NCBI GenBank assembly: GCA_016287855.1
Contig: JAEEXS010000001.1
Location: 1-37,256 of the forward strand
DNA from: Clostridia bacterium
GTDB taxonomy: Bacteria > Bacillota > Clostridia > TANB77 > RGIG9151
Direction of reading: 5' to 3'
DNA length: 37,256 nt
The translations under genes and the position numbers were made by a program. This document shows positions 36,305 through 37,256 of the stretch, piece by piece. Every line of letters begins with the position of its first letter. The first letter of the stretch is position 1. The notes below the pieces were generated by a model. That model was not told where the DNA came from and did no database searches. It worked only from the letters and a program-made list of their open reading frames with translations.

Positions 36305-37256
36305 TCACCTATACATAGCAACCGAATTAGTAATCTTAAGCAACATTACAGTTCCAATAACAAACATAACTAGAACTGTGACCAACATTCCTAAAATAAT
36401 ACCTCCAGCATCTTTCATGCTATTTAAACACTTACAAATTCGACTATCTGCAAATGGCTCTATAACCGCACCTGTAACAAAATATACAAGGACAACAGTT
36501 AAAACTTTTATAATCGGGACTAAAGCTAGGCCAAAAATGACTGTAATTCCCACAAATCCAATAGCATCTTTCATTATTAGAGTGCTACCTAAAATAGTAT
36601 CCACAGAATCTCCAAGTAATTTCCCAACTACCGGAATTCCTCCTGAAAACAAAAATTTTGCAGTCTTTACCGTTACCCCATCTACGGTAGAGGCCACCGT
36701 TCCCTCTAAAGATACTATTCCAACAAACAGTGTTAAAATTATACCTAAAGCCCAAATAGATAAAGACTTCAAAAAGCCTTCTACCTTAGAAACTGAAACT
36801 CTTTTAGAAATATTATTTACTATTCCAAGTGCAAAACATATCATTGAAACTGGTAATAAAACCTTACTCACAAATAATGTTATAAACTGAGAAAAGAATG
36901 CAATAACTGGATATATTAATGAAGTTGTTGCAATTCCTCCAGTAGAAGCTATTAGCCCTACAATAATAGGAGTTAAAACGTTCATAAACTTGCTTATCTC
37001 TTCAATAAAATCTTTTGCAATATTATATATATTTGTAAAGCTCGCCAAAAGTAAGGTTATTAGTAAAACGTAGCAGACATAAAATGCAATTTGGCTTACC
37101 CCTTCGGATGAAAAGGAAGATTTTAAATTATCTAAAAGCCCTATAATTAGTGCTATTAAAATAACTTGTATTGCTAAGCCAATATTACTTCTTAATTCTT
37201 TAATCAAGAACTTTCCCACATTTCCAAAAATCTTTTTATAGTCAAACTTAAAATTT
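36305..37256 (-). CDS. spoIIIAE: stage III sporulation protein AE (5' end outside window)
   Basis: Polytopic membrane protein. The frame stays open upstream of the track's GTG (37219) to the window edge (NFKFDYKKIFGNVGKF...), so the gene is truncated by the window. Confidence 0.85.
   Translation of the reverse strand, partial: NFKFDYKKIFGNVGKFLIKELRSNIGLAIQVILIALIIGLLDNLKSSFSSEGVSQIAFYVCYVLLITLLLASFTNIYNIAKDFIEEISKFMNVLTPIIVGLIASTGGIATTSLIYPVIAFFSQFITLFVSKVLLPVSMICFALGIVNNISKRVSVSKVEGFLKSLSIWALGIILTLFVGIVSLEGTVASTVDGVTVKTAKFLFSGGIPVVGKLLGDSVDTILGSTLIMKDAIGFVGITVIFGLALVPIIKVLTVVLVYFVTGAVIEPFADSRICKCLNSMKDAGGIILGMLVTVLVMFVIGTVMLLKITNSVAMYR

Overview
Low-GC Firmicutes (Clostridia-like) core chromosome from an endospore former, with no transposase, integrase, CRISPR array or recognisable defence island. 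Coding content is mostly housekeeping and sporulation: a five-tRNA cluster, yunB, valS and tyrS (each behind a T-box leader), a membrane pyrophosphatase, secDF, truB, dprA-topA, motAB and infC-rpmI-rplT behind an L20-type leader. A long same-strand run follows (minD-minE-rodA-CYTH-recG-glgA), then spoIID, a SpoIIQ-like M23 peptidase, a cell-wall amidase and the distal spoIIIA operon (AE partial, AF, AG, AH). The strongest unexplained signal is a roughly 440-nt, G+C-enriched, heavily base-paired, ORF-free element at about 32540-32985. It lies between the M23 peptidase and the amidase, and I could not match it to RNase P, tmRNA, SRP or 6S RNA. Secondary items:
- a rod-shaped, about 200-nt 6S-like RNA candidate (22131-22337)
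- a carrier protein plus SGNH/DltD-like protein riding on the valS operon
- an orphan 389-aa prepilin-like protein
- a compositionally atypical stand-alone sigma factor next to a phased direct repeat
- a 23-codon hydrophobic micro-ORF
- a MinE with a long K/E-rich tail and no adjacent minC
All calls come from reading the sequence and from remembered family motifs. No database search or folding program was run.
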